The notes beneath the pieces are model-generated. The model had not been told where the DNA came from. It did no database searches and was given only the letters and a program-made list of their open reading frames with translations. Of a DNA stretch of 64,000 bases, positions 28,817 to 38,965 are shown piece after piece; positions within the stretch are counted from its first letter, which is position 1; each line of letters opens with the position of its first letter. The translations under genes and the position numbers were made by a program. Where the stretch lies: contig JBIIMS010000005.1 of the NCBI GenBank assembly GCA_044337875.1, positions 142,350-206,349 on the forward strand, written 5' to 3'. This DNA is from Gemmataceae bacterium. Its GTDB lineage: Bacteria > Planctomycetota > Planctomycetia > Gemmatales > Gemmataceae.

Positions 28817-30229
28817 ATGGCTTATTCTCATGTGATTCGTGGCGAACAATATAACTTCGCAGATCTTAAAGCGCTTTTAGCCAAGGCCAATGAACCCAAA
28901 TCCGGAGATTTACTTGCAGGCATCGCTGCGAACAATGAAAGAGAACGCATCGCTGCAAAAATGGCCCTTGCAGATCTACCCCTAAGCGAATTCCTTGCCC
29001 ACCCCATTCTCGACCCCGATGCCGATGACGTCTCCAAAGTAATATTCGACACCCATGACTCAGTTGCGTTCAAACCCATTGCATCCCTTACGGTAGGGGA
29101 ACTACGAGAATACTTATTGCAGGATTTGCCCCAAGGAGCAGAACTTAAAAACCTTCAACAGGGGCTTACCCCAGAAATGGTAGCTGCGGTCACCAAGCTG
29201 CTTGCCAACAAAGAGTTGATTGCAATTGCAGCTAAGATTAAAAACATCGCCCGTTGCAGAAACACCACCGGCATTGCAGGAACCCTAGGCGTTCGTATCC
29301 AACCCAATCACCCCACCGATAACACCGCTGGCATTGCAGCTTCCTGCATCGATGGATTGCTTATGGGGGCGGGCGATGCAGTGATAGGGGTCAACCCCGC
29401 GGTGGATTCCATTGATTCCGTTTCCGCAATTTTGAAATCCATCGATCATGTAATCACCTCGCTGAATATTCCAACTCAGGGATGCTGCCTAGCACACATC
29501 TCCACCCAGTTAGGTGCGATGAAAAAAAACGCTCCAATTGATCTTTTATTTCAATCCATAGGTGGGACTCAGAAAACCAATGAAAGCTTTGGCATCTCTC
29601 TCGCCCTGCTTAAGGAAGGTAAAGAGCAAGTGCTAGAACATCACACATCCAGAAATGTTAATTGGTTGGGTAATCAAGCCATGTACTTTGAAACCGGGCA
29701 AGGTAGTTCGCTTTCTGCAAATGCCCATCATGGTATTGATCAACTTACCCTCGAGGCCCGGGCCTATGGCTTGGCACGAACCCTTGACCCGTTTCTTGTA
29801 AACAGCGTGGTGGGTTTCATCGGGCCGGAATATCTTTTTGATGAAAGACAGATCATTCGTGCAGGGCTTGAAGATCACTTCATGGGCAAATTACTGGGCC
29901 TACCCATGGGAGTTGATGTTTGCTTTACCAACCATGCCGAAGCGGATCACAACTCGCTTGATAACCTGCTTCTATTGTTGGCCAATGCTGGGGTTAATTA
30001 CATCATGGGGGTTCCATCAGGTGATGATGTGATGCTTAGTTATCAAACTACAAGCTATCACGATGCAGCCATGGTAAAGTCTTTGCTTGGGCTTAAGGCT
30101 GCGCCTGAATTCCAAACATGGCTTGAACATAATGGAATCATGAATGGCTCTTCGCTTTGTGGCAAAGACCGAGCTTTTACAGTTATGAAAAATATTCTTC
30201 CAATTCTCGAAAACACCAAGGATGCTTGA
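28817..30229 (+). CDS. eutB: Ethanolamine ammonia-lyase large subunit
   Basis: 470 aa. The N-terminus YSHVIRGEQYNFADLKALLAKANEPKSGDLLAGIAA and overall length match EutB. Confidence 0.9.
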   Translation: MAYSHVIRGEQYNFADLKALLAKANEPKSGDLLAGIAANNERERIAAKMALADLPLSEFLAHPILDPDADDVSKVIFDTHDSVAFKPIASLTVGELREYLLQDLPQGAELKNLQQGLTPEMVAAVTKLLANKELIAIAAKIKNIARCRNTTGIAGTLGVRIQPNHPTDNTAGIAASCIDGLLMGAGDAVIGVNPAVDSIDSVSAILKSIDHVITSLNIPTQGCCLAHISTQLGAMKKNAPIDLLFQSIGGTQKTNESFGISLALLKEGKEQVLEHHTSRNVNWLGNQAMYFETGQGSSLSANAHHGIDQLTLEARAYGLARTLDPFLVNSVVGFIGPEYLFDERQIIRAGLEDHFMGKLLGLPMGVDVCFTNHAEADHNSLDNLLLLLANAGVNYIMGVPSGDDVMLSYQTTSYHDAAMVKSLLGLKAAPEFQTWLEHNGIMNGSSLCGKDRAFTVMKNILPILENTKDA

Positions 30230-31704
30230 TGAACACCAATGAAAAACACGCCAGCGAAGACCAAAAAAACTTAGCCAGAATGGGTTACGAGCAAGAGCTT
30301 TTCCGGGGGTTTAGTGCGTTTTCGAACTATGCGCTTTCCATGTCCATCATTTGTATCCTTGCGGGTGGTATCACTTCTTTTCATATGGGGTATTGTGCAG
30401 CAGGCCCCGCAGCAATTGGAATTGGCTGGCCCATTGCTTGCTTATTTTCATTTGCAGTAGCAGCAGCAATGGCACAGATAGCCTCTGCGTTTCCTACCGC
30501 AGGCGGGCTTTATCACTGGGGCTCTCTTCTAGGTGGCAGAGGTTGGGGCTGGGTTACTGCTTGGTTCAACCTTGCTGGTATTGTCATCATCCTTGCTGCC
30601 ATCAATGTGGGCACCTGGAACTTTATCGAAAGTAGTATTTTCGGTAGCGCTGATCTAGGGGACTTCGCTCAGGTTATTGCTGTTTCCATCATTACTTTTT
30701 CACAGCTTGCCATCAACCTTTTTGGCATGCGCATCGTTAACCCCATGACCATCTTCAGCGGTTACTGGATTCTGATGGTAACTGTTGCACTGGTTGTTTT
30801 GATGTTGGTTTTTGGCGGGCCCGTGCATCCCGAAAGATTATTTCAATTCGAAAACTTCAGTGGCCTTCCTGAAGGTGACAAACAAGTATGGCCCGAAATA
30901 GAATCAATCGCATGGCTTTTTTTTCTGGCAATGCTGCTTCCAGCCTACACCATCACTGGATTTGATGGCTCCGCCCACGCCGCTGAAGAAACAAAGAACG
31001 CTGCATCCGCAGTCCCCAAGGCAATCATGCAGGCAGTAATAGTTTCCAGTATTGCAGGCTATATACTGCTTGCTGTTGCAATCCTGGTGATTGATGATAC
31101 CAAGCATGTTGCAATGCAGGGCGATCGGGCATTTGTCACCATCGTTGAACAATCCCTCCCCAAACTTTTACAGGCCCCGGCATTCATCGCAATTGTTCTT
31201 TCACAATACCTTTGTGGTATGTCTGTAATAACTGCGGCATCTCGCATGGCCTTTGCATTTGCAAGAGATGGTGGCTTACCTTTTTCCAACTTCTTCAAAA
31301 AGGTTTCCCCTAAAACCCAAGTACCCACCAATGCTATCTTTTTGGTTTCCATCACTGCAATCCTGTTTACACTTTATTCGCATCTTTATGACACCATAGC
31401 AGCGGCTGCAACCATCCTTCTTTATCTGTCCTACATGCTTCCCATCCTTGCAGGATTTTTTGTACATGGCAAAAGTTGGAAAAGCATGGGCCCCTGGCAC
31501 CTGGGAATCTGGTTTAAACCAATGGCATTATTAAGCACGATTGCATCGATTGGAATTGTTTGCATTGGCATCCAACCTCCCAATGAAAAAGCTGGTTATG
31601 CTGTGCTTGCACTCACCATCTTCCTCATTGCGTTCTGGTTTACCGTAGCAAGGCACCGCTTTCAAGGCCCCCCTATTTCCCTGAAACAAATGCAGGAAAA
31701 ATAA
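30229..31704 (+). CDS. APC-family amino acid/ethanolamine permease
   Basis: ATG 30229 overlaps the eutB stop (TGATG). About 12 TM helices. MGYEQELFRGFSAFSNYALSMSIICILAGGITSF is typical of the APC superfamily. It sits between eutB and eutC. Confidence 0.75.
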   Translation: MNTNEKHASEDQKNLARMGYEQELFRGFSAFSNYALSMSIICILAGGITSFHMGYCAAGPAAIGIGWPIACLFSFAVAAAMAQIASAFPTAGGLYHWGSLLGGRGWGWVTAWFNLAGIVIILAAINVGTWNFIESSIFGSADLGDFAQVIAVSIITFSQLAINLFGMRIVNPMTIFSGYWILMVTVALVVLMLVFGGPVHPERLFQFENFSGLPEGDKQVWPEIESIAWLFFLAMLLPAYTITGFDGSAHAAEETKNAASAVPKAIMQAVIVSSIAGYILLAVAILVIDDTKHVAMQGDRAFVTIVEQSLPKLLQAPAFIAIVLSQYLCGMSVITAASRMAFAFARDGGLPFSNFFKKVSPKTQVPTNAIFLVSITAILFTLYSHLYDTIAAAATILLYLSYMLPILAGFFVHGKSWKSMGPWHLGIWFKPMALLSTIASIGIVCIGIQPPNEKAGYAVLALTIFLIAFWFTVARHRFQGPPISLKQMQEK

Positions 31705-31706
31705 TC

Positions 31707-32462
31707 ATGGACCATGAAGCGGCAATACAAACGATTTGTAAATCCTTAACTTCAGCAAGAGTATTTGCAGCCCGAAAAGGCACCGCCCTTTCCACCAAGG
31801 ATTGGCTTTTACTTCGTGCAGATCACGCCTTCGCCCGAGATGCTGTTTTTGAATCCATCGATTTGGAACGCGATTTCCGCAGCGAACGAATCGATCAAAT
31901 GGGACTGTTTGAAGTCGCTTCCAAAGCCAATAACAGACATGAATATTTACTAAAACCTGATCTGGGCAGGCAATTAAATCCCCCTGATCGCAATCGCATC
32001 CAGCAGCAATGCCCTTTCCAACCGCAACTCCAAATCATCCTTGCGGATGGATTATCCCCCGCAGCTTTAAAACTTCAAGGACCACCACTTCTCGACTCCC
32101 TCTGGGAACTTGCACTTAATCAGGGTTGGACTCTGGGCAGGCCTTTCCTTGTTCATCAGGCACGCGTTGGGATTCTTAACGAAATTGGAAATCTACTCGA
32201 ACCAGAAATCGCAATTCTTCTCGTTGGCGAACGGCCCGGCTTAACCACAGCAAACAGTCTTTCCGCATACCTTGCTTACAAACCCAATCTTGGCCAGGAT
32301 GATGCAAACCGCAATTTGATTTCCAATATTCATGGGAACGGTGTAGGGACCAAGGATGCCTGTGTTCGAATCATGGCCCTGGCACAATCAATGAGAAGCG
32401 CAAAAACTGGTGGTATCACCATCAAGGAAACTTTGACGCTGGTAAAAGCACCAAATGATTAA
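31707..32462 (+). CDS. eutC: Ethanolamine ammonia-lyase small subunit
   Basis: 251 aa. ILADGLSPAAL and LLVGERPGLTTANSLSAYLAYKP are EutC signatures. It starts 2 nt after the permease stop. Confidence 0.85.
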   Translation: MDHEAAIQTICKSLTSARVFAARKGTALSTKDWLLLRADHAFARDAVFESIDLERDFRSERIDQMGLFEVASKANNRHEYLLKPDLGRQLNPPDRNRIQQQCPFQPQLQIILADGLSPAALKLQGPPLLDSLWELALNQGWTLGRPFLVHQARVGILNEIGNLLEPEIAILLVGERPGLTTANSLSAYLAYKPNLGQDDANRNLISNIHGNGVGTKDACVRIMALAQSMRSAKTGGITIKETLTLVKAPND

Positions 32463-32809
32463 GAAGCGGGAAACGCATCTGCAAGAGAAACCACTAAGCG
32501 TTTACCCACTGCATCTGCATAGCGTAATAAGGTTTCCATGGTGGGATTGGGGCGCTGACCTGTTTCCAGTTTTGATAATGCTGATTGATCCATCCCGGTA
32601 AGTTCTGTTAAATCTGAAAGGCTAAGGCCTTTGGCCTCGCGTGCAGATTTCAGTTCAATCATCAATTCTTGCAGATGATTTTGGGACGACATTCTTTGCT
32701 GATGCCTTTCAATCAGACTGGGCAATTCGTTAACTACCCGATTCCGAATACTATTCAATTTGGCCGATTCTTCTGAAGAAAGCTTTTCATTGCGAACGAT
32801 CCGTTTCAT
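32459..32809 (-). CDS. XRE-family helix-turn-helix antitoxin-like protein
   Basis: The C-terminal HTH is KGLSLSDLTELTGMDQSALSKLETGQR. Its ATG overlaps the stop of the upstream toxin-like ORF (TAATG). Confidence 0.6.
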   Translation of the reverse strand: MKRIVRNEKLSSEESAKLNSIRNRVVNELPSLIERHQQRMSSQNHLQELMIELKSAREAKGLSLSDLTELTGMDQSALSKLETGQRPNPTMETLLRYADAVGKRLVVSLADAFPAS

Positions 32810-33069
32810 TATTGTCTCCTTGGAACATCAAATGCTGTTATCGGATAAACCGTGTTTTTATCAATCGCTTCAAATACTACCATCAAATGCCTGCCAGTTT
32901 TTGTTTCTCCAAAAACAACCGGTCTGCCGGTTGATCGACTAATATCTACATCCATTGCATTTAAAAATACTTCTTCAACCTCTTCTTTGGTCACACCGTG
33001 TTGTGCGCAATGAAAAACATTACCTTCAGAGTCTTCATCAAGATCCCATAAGATAGATTCAAAATATAT
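32809..33069 (-). CDS. BrnT/DUF497-like toxin (no canonical start for the full-length form; the ORF track shows only the GTG 32994 version)
   Basis: The frame is open from 33072. The upstream part ILWDLDEDSEGNVFHCAQHGVTKEEVEEVF fits the WD...N..KHGV..EE.EEVF pattern of DUF497. The only plausible initiator is ATA 33069-33067, with AAGGA 6 nt upstream. Confidence 0.5.
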   Translation of the reverse strand: MYFESILWDLDEDSEGNVFHCAQHGVTKEEVEEVFLNAMDVDISRSTGRPVVFGETKTGRHLMVVFEAIDKNTVYPITAFDVPRRQ

Positions 33070-33249
33070 TTTTTATCCTTAATGCCATGGTATTATAATA
33101 CCAAAGTGTTTTTAAAAAAGCAATAGAAACACAATAAGATGGAAAATTCCACGATCCTGAGTTTTTAGTCGACCTCTCGTTTATGGTTTGTTAAGCTTTC
33201 CTAGTTGCAAGTAACCATCAACCACGATCAACTTTATTGTAAGGTCATC

Positions 33250-33873
33250 ATGTGTAAATTTTCAGGATTGATTCTTTTCGTTTTTGGTTTGGCACTTTCT
33301 TGCCAGCCACTTGCAACAGCTCAAGAAAAAACACAAGATTCTAAATCCTATTATCCACTCAAGGCGGGTAACAAGTGGACCTATCAAATTGAATCCGATT
33401 CAGTTGCCAAGGGTAGTGCCAAGCTAATCAACCAAATTGCCAAGATCGAAAAGATCGATGGTGTATCCTTGGCCCGGTTGGAAACAATTGCGAAGGGAAA
33501 GGTAGCTGCAACCGAGCATCTAAACGTTACTGAAAAAGGCATTTTTCGCAACAGATATAATGGCACAGAAGTATCTCCCCCCATTTGCATACTTAAATTC
33601 CCCATCAAAAAAGGTTCAACTTGGAAAACCGAATCCAAAGTTGGTGATGAAAAACTATCTGTGTCATGCAAATCAGATGAGGATGAAATCGAGGTTCCTG
33701 CAGGTAAATTCAAAACCGTGAAAGTGGTGATGGATGCAGAAGTGGCTGGTGCTGGCATCCTCGTTAGCACAACCTACTGGTTTGCCCAAGGAGTTGGGAT
33801 TGTCAAGCAGCATGTTAATATCAACAGCATGCAGTTTACCATATTGCTCGAAAAGTATGAAGAAGCCAAGTAA
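33250..33873 (+). CDS. Secreted protein, unknown function
   Basis: The frame is open from 33205. ATG 33250 gives the signal peptide MCKFSGLILFVFGLALSCQPLATA. Beta-rich composition, with no motif recognised. Confidence 0.4.
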   Translation: MCKFSGLILFVFGLALSCQPLATAQEKTQDSKSYYPLKAGNKWTYQIESDSVAKGSAKLINQIAKIEKIDGVSLARLETIAKGKVAATEHLNVTEKGIFRNRYNGTEVSPPICILKFPIKKGSTWKTESKVGDEKLSVSCKSDEDEIEVPAGKFKTVKVVMDAEVAGAGILVSTTYWFAQGVGIVKQHVNINSMQFTILLEKYEEAK

Positions 33874-33889
33874 CCCATAAGATTACTTT

Positions 33890-34717
33890 CTAATCAGACT
33901 TTTTTCGCAGCGTTCTTAAACCTCTTCGAATAATGTACGCGGTTTCCTTGGTGGGAGACTCTTTATCCCAGCGCTTACATACATCTTGAACCCAACCAGG
34001 GTTAGTTTTACTTGCATCATTAAGCCAATTGCCCACCGAGTTTCGCACATAAATCGAACCATCGCAGCGCAAAGGTTCGAGTAAAGGTAAGCCAAGTTCA
34101 GGGTTATCTTTCAATGCTGGAATATGATTACACCAAACTCCTCGGGGCCTTGTTATCTCGCTTGCAAAACGCCTGATGTTCGCATCCTTATGCAAACTAA
34201 ACGCTTCGAGTATTTGCAATGATTCTCCTAACTGCATCACGATTCTGGGCCTTATCGCAAGCCATGCTGCCTCTCTTACACTCATGTTTTTATCTGCAGC
34301 CAATGAGTGGATACGCTTTAAACTTTCTTGAAGCAAGATTTCACTTCGTTTGCCAATCATGAAACAAGCCCAAGAGCGAACAATATCCGAGCGATGCTCT
34401 TTAAGGATTCTGAGTGCAGTTTCAAATTGTCTTTTAGCGGGAAAACCCTGTGCCAGAATCTTCCCTAAAACTTCCATCTTCTTGGGCGCAGTTTTGATTT
34501 TTAGCAAACGAAAAGATTCTTCCAAAGGTTGCAGAAGGAAGTTCCAGTTTTCTTTTTGAAATAGATTTCGAGCCAGTGATTCTTGATCGACCACCAGCCA
34601 TTCCGCTAGATTCACGGTTTCGATAAGACCAAGATCAAGCAGAGCACGAACCTCCTTGGGTACTCCCGAAGTTTTGGTTGAACCTTTTCGTTTTAATACA
34701 TGCTCTGGAATCTGCAA
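33890..34717 (-). CDS. DNA alkylation repair enzyme-like HEAT-repeat protein (AlkD/AlkC-type)
   Basis: 275 aa and helical. FASEITRPRGVWCNHIPALKDNPELGLPLLEPLRCDGSIYVRNSVGNWLNDASK matches my recollection of the DNA_alkylation family. Confidence 0.55.
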   Translation of the reverse strand: MQIPEHVLKRKGSTKTSGVPKEVRALLDLGLIETVNLAEWLVVDQESLARNLFQKENWNFLLQPLEESFRLLKIKTAPKKMEVLGKILAQGFPAKRQFETALRILKEHRSDIVRSWACFMIGKRSEILLQESLKRIHSLAADKNMSVREAAWLAIRPRIVMQLGESLQILEAFSLHKDANIRRFASEITRPRGVWCNHIPALKDNPELGLPLLEPLRCDGSIYVRNSVGNWLNDASKTNPGWVQDVCKRWDKESPTKETAYIIRRGLRTLRKKSD

Positions 34718-34740
34718 TTCAAAATGATCTCTTTGAATGT

Positions 34741-36606
34741 TTATTTCACCCTAACAGTGATACCACTTTGCATCCCTGGACTTCGATAAATTTTGTGAGT
34801 TTGTAGTGAGAAATCTGATTCAAGGGCGCTATAAATGTCGCAGAACTTTTGAGGATTACGATCCACCAAAGGAAACCAGGTGGAATGCACCTGCACCATA
34901 AGTTTATGGCCCGGCCTGAAAGTATGACAAATATCAGGCATGGTAAAACTCACCTTGGTTGGCTTGTTGGGCTCGAAGGGTTCGGGTTTGGAAAAACTGT
35001 TGCGGAACTTACCCCTGAAAGGTTCGCCTCGAATCAACATCTGGTAATTGCCCATGCGAACCCCCGCGGGATTAGGATCAAAATCTGGGTAATCATTCGG
35101 AAAAACATCAATCACTTTCACCACCCAATCGGCATCTGTTCCCGTGGTGCTAACCCATAAGTCAACTTTTATAGGGCCCGCAAGAGTTATATCACTCTTT
35201 AATTCGGGAGACTGGTAAACAAGTACATCTGGCCTTCGGGCGGCATGGCGTTGATCAGCAACCATGTATTCATAATCCATTTTGGTGGTGATGCGCTCCA
35301 TGTAAGGCACAGGCTTGGAAGGGTCTGAAATATAAGAATCAAATCCTTCACTGAGGTCTGGTTTGGAAGTGAGGGTTCCTTTTTCTTGGAAGAATAACGA
35401 CAAAGGATTGGAATCTTTCGGAGGCCAAACATCATACTTGCGCCAAACATTCGTCCCTGTTTCAAACACATGGGCCTCGGGTTGCTTCAACGAAGGAATA
35501 TCCTTCAAATGAAATTCAAAGAAAGGGAACTCAATATTCTCACGGAAGTATTCAGCAGTTTTAGAATTAAAACGGGCGTTGCCCAGCGAATCGCCCGCAC
35601 CGCGTGACCAACCGCCATGATCCCAAGGCCCCATCACCAAAGTATTATCACACCCAGGGCTTTGCTTTTCCGTGGAATTATAGCATTCGAGCGCACCAAA
35701 AAGGTTTTCCGCATCGAACCAACCGCCCACCGTCATCACCGCAGGCTTGATGTTTTTAAGATGAGGTCGTAGGTTCATTGCTTGCCACAAATCATCATAA
35801 GTGCCCCGCTTCATCATTTCATTCCAGAAAGAAATACCGCCTTTGAGGAACTTCTTATCCGCGTTTGCGAGAGGGCCCATGTCGAGGAAGAACTGGTAGC
35901 CATCGGGTGTTTCGTGGTCGTGTGAAACCCTTGCGCCTTTGCGTGTGGGTTCAGGGCGTTCCTTGCCAAACCCGGACATAAAGTTAAATGCGTGGGGCAA
36001 AAACAAACAGCCATTATGGTGAAAATCATCACCAACGAACCAATCAATCACAGGCGCTTGTGGGCTAGAGGCTTTAAGTGCAGGGTGGGCATCGATCATA
36101 CCCGCAGCAGTATTAAAACCCGGGTAGGAAATACCTGACTGACCAGCCCTGCCATTATGCCCTTTGACATTTTTCAAAAGCCACTCAATGGAATCGAAAG
36201 TATCCGTACTTTCATCAAAATCTTTGGGGCCTTTTTTGGGATTATGGGGCCTGACATTTTGAAAAGAACCTTCCGACATCCAGCGGCCTCTTACATCCTG
36301 ATACACAAAGATATAGCCAGACTTCTGGAAGTATGTGGAAGGCCCAAGTTTTTCACGGTAATTATCAATACCATAGGGTGCAACGCTGTAAGGCGTGCGA
36401 TTAAGCATGAAAGGATAGGTTTTAGAATCATCCTTAGGCACATAAACCGCAGTGAATATTTTGATCCCATCGCGCATCGGGATTTGATATTCGTACTTTG
36501 TGTAGTTTGCCTTAACATGATCCCGAAGTTGCTTTGCCTCATCGATAACTGGTGCGCTAGTTTGGCCAGCGCAATTAAACACTAAAAGAATTAATAACGA
36601 GCTCAT
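34741..36606 (-). CDS. CocE/NonD-family hydrolase (X-Pro dipeptidyl-peptidase S15-like)
   Basis: 621 aa with a signal peptide and nucleophile context GISYPGF. The C-terminal beta-sandwich region reads PDVLVYQSPELKSDITLAGPIKVDLWVSTTGTDADWVVK. Confidence 0.75.
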   Translation of the reverse strand: MSSLLILLVFNCAGQTSAPVIDEAKQLRDHVKANYTKYEYQIPMRDGIKIFTAVYVPKDDSKTYPFMLNRTPYSVAPYGIDNYREKLGPSTYFQKSGYIFVYQDVRGRWMSEGSFQNVRPHNPKKGPKDFDESTDTFDSIEWLLKNVKGHNGRAGQSGISYPGFNTAAGMIDAHPALKASSPQAPVIDWFVGDDFHHNGCLFLPHAFNFMSGFGKERPEPTRKGARVSHDHETPDGYQFFLDMGPLANADKKFLKGGISFWNEMMKRGTYDDLWQAMNLRPHLKNIKPAVMTVGGWFDAENLFGALECYNSTEKQSPGCDNTLVMGPWDHGGWSRGAGDSLGNARFNSKTAEYFRENIEFPFFEFHLKDIPSLKQPEAHVFETGTNVWRKYDVWPPKDSNPLSLFFQEKGTLTSKPDLSEGFDSYISDPSKPVPYMERITTKMDYEYMVADQRHAARRPDVLVYQSPELKSDITLAGPIKVDLWVSTTGTDADWVVKVIDVFPNDYPDFDPNPAGVRMGNYQMLIRGEPFRGKFRNSFSKPEPFEPNKPTKVSFTMPDICHTFRPGHKLMVQVHSTWFPLVDRNPQKFCDIYSALESDFSLQTHKIYRSPGMQSGITVRVK

Positions 36607-36820
36607 TGCAACTCTTTCAACAAAGTTGGTTTAGGGATTACCATCGGGTTATCATCTTGTATCAAAGAAAAACATCAAGCTAAAACTAATATTTTAAAAA
36701 GGGTGGCAAAAAATGGGACAGGTCTGTTTTGCATGGCTTAACACCATGCGCAGAAGAAGTAGGCGAACTGTATAACACCTTCATCTAAAAACCCATATAT
36801 CTTTTGCGCGATTCCAAAAG

Positions 36821-38965
36821 TTAATTGCGCTTTAATAGTCTTACGGAGAAATCTTTGCAGCCAAGCAGCAAGGTTGTTCCGTCATCATTTCCAGTGATGC
36901 AATTCACCTCAGAGTCTAAATGACCAAGGGTGTTTGTTTTCAACTTTGTTTTTAAATCGTAGAGGAAGGGCAAGCCTTTCTTGGGAAATACAAAAAGATC
37001 GCTTGTGTTTTTGGGAAAAAATAAAGCTGTAATGGGGCATTCAGTTTCAATTAAAACTTCTTTTTTGGCAGTGATTAAATCCCAGCGGTTGATTTTTAAA
37101 TCGTAGGGTTCTTTGAGCGTTTGCATTTGACCTCCAAATGCAGTTATTGCCAAGGTGCCTTCGGTATTCATTGAAAAAGAGTTGTAAACTTGATCGGGCC
37201 CACTCAGGGTTTGGGTTCTTTTCCCGGACTCCACATCGTATACGCAAATTTTCCCATCCCGTAGACAACAGACCATGGTCTTACCATCTCCCGAAAGACC
37301 CATGTGCCAAACCTGCCGGGGAGAACCTAAAGTAAGGTTTTTAGGATCCTGTTTATCCAAATATTCAAAGAATTGGATTTGGGAACCGGTTTCAAGATTC
37401 CATAGTCTTGCAGTGCAATCCCAACTGCATGATATTGCCCTTTTTCCATCAGGTAAAAAAAATACATTTCGTATGGAATGAAGATGTCCGGACAAGACTT
37501 TTATTTTTTCGCCTTTTACCAAATCCCATAGGACTATTTTATTGTCTAGGAAGTCGCCTCCCGATAAAGCCTGATGACCATCTTTGGAAATTGCGATAGA
37601 TACTACATTTTTGGTGTGTTCATTTAGCTGAAATCTGGGTTTATGATTCTCAAGGTCCCAAACAATTGCTTGCCTGTCTGCGCCACCGCTGATGCCAGTT
37701 TTGCCATCTTCAGACAACGCAGTGCAATATACTTCTCCCCTATGCCCTACTAGGGTTATCTCGTCAAAGGCTGGTTTTTTAGGTTTAACCATAACAGCAA
37801 TAGAAAACAGGCTTAAGGTTATTAAAGCAACTCCAACCAAAGCCCCTAGGAATATGGATTTTCGATTTAATCTTGATGGGATTTTGGCAGGAGTGGAATT
37901 AGCCAGCTTGATCTGACTTATAAATTCGGTACAGCTTTTCCATCGTTTTAATGGGTTTTTATCTAGGGCCTTTGCAACCACCCATCTTTGATGAATGGGT
38001 ATCATGGAAAGATCAGGCTGGCGATTACAATGCCCTGCCATGATTTCAGCGGCGTTGCCTGTAAAGGGCAAAGTACCACCCCGGATTTGGCAGTAAGTAA
38101 TTGCAAGGGAATATTGATCCGAGGTTGCGCTCATTTTTTCCTGAAAGAACTCAGGGGGCGAATAGCTTGGGGTCATGCAACCGCTGTGTTGATTAGTTTC
38201 TTCATCGAGGATGCGTGCGAGTCCGAAGTCGCCAAGTTTTAAAGCGCCCCCCACGATTAACATGTTTTGTGGCTTGATATCTCGGTGAAGAATAGAAACG
38301 GTTTCGCCATCTTCCAGTAAGTGTCTTTTCTGATTAAGAAAATTGAGGGCTTCTGCAGCATCAGTAAACATGGAAAGGATTTCATTTTCGTTAGGCTTAT
38401 TTTTGTTTACATATTCAAGGAAATTCATTTCCGCCAGCTCGAAGGCAATCCAAAGATGTTCTTCAATGATCCAGAATCCAAAAATAGATAATAAATGGGG
38501 GTGTCTGATTGATTTGAAAAGATTGAGGGAACGGATTTCAATAATGTCGAGCCCGTTGGCCATGGGGATAATTTTCATTGCGAGGGAAACATCGCCTGGC
38601 CCCTTGGCTTCCCAAACTTCACCAAAGCTACCTTTGCCAATTTTTTGGATCAGCCGATATCCTGAAACGGGTGAATCGCCCTTGGTAATATTGCTGGGAA
38701 TTAGGGTTTCTTTATCTGGGAAAGTTTCGCCTGTTGGTTCGGAATTTGTCGTAAGAAGCCAATCCATTCTCTGAAGTTTTTCGATTGCTTTTGGTAATTG
38801 ATCCTTGAGGTTGGGGTAGGATAGTAAAAAAGATTCCAGAGAAATATCTTTTTGTAATGCTCGTTGTTCTTCATACTTAAATAAAGCTTCTTCGAGTTCT
38901 TGATTTATTTCGTGTCGAGAAGCATCCATATATTTATCACCATATTCTGGGTTTGAGAATGGCAC
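36821..38965 (-). CDS. Ser/Thr protein kinase with TM segment and C-terminal WD40 beta-propeller
   Basis: It has GKGSFGEVWEA, HRDIKPQNMLI and DFGLAR motifs, the TM helix IFLGALVGVALITLSLFSIAVMV, and then WD repeats (e.g. GHRGEVYCTALSEDGKTGISGGADRQAIVWD). Confidence 0.85.
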   Translation of the reverse strand: MPFSNPEYGDKYMDASRHEINQELEEALFKYEEQRALQKDISLESFLLSYPNLKDQLPKAIEKLQRMDWLLTTNSEPTGETFPDKETLIPSNITKGDSPVSGYRLIQKIGKGSFGEVWEAKGPGDVSLAMKIIPMANGLDIIEIRSLNLFKSIRHPHLLSIFGFWIIEEHLWIAFELAEMNFLEYVNKNKPNENEILSMFTDAAEALNFLNQKRHLLEDGETVSILHRDIKPQNMLIVGGALKLGDFGLARILDEETNQHSGCMTPSYSPPEFFQEKMSATSDQYSLAITYCQIRGGTLPFTGNAAEIMAGHCNRQPDLSMIPIHQRWVVAKALDKNPLKRWKSCTEFISQIKLANSTPAKIPSRLNRKSIFLGALVGVALITLSLFSIAVMVKPKKPAFDEITLVGHRGEVYCTALSEDGKTGISGGADRQAIVWDLENHKPRFQLNEHTKNVVSIAISKDGHQALSGGDFLDNKIVLWDLVKGEKIKVLSGHLHSIRNVFFLPDGKRAISCSWDCTARLWNLETGSQIQFFEYLDKQDPKNLTLGSPRQVWHMGLSGDGKTMVCCLRDGKICVYDVESGKRTQTLSGPDQVYNSFSMNTEGTLAITAFGGQMQTLKEPYDLKINRWDLITAKKEVLIETECPITALFFPKNTSDLFVFPKKGLPFLYDLKTKLKTNTLGHLDSEVNCITGNDDGTTLLLGCKDFSVRLLKRN

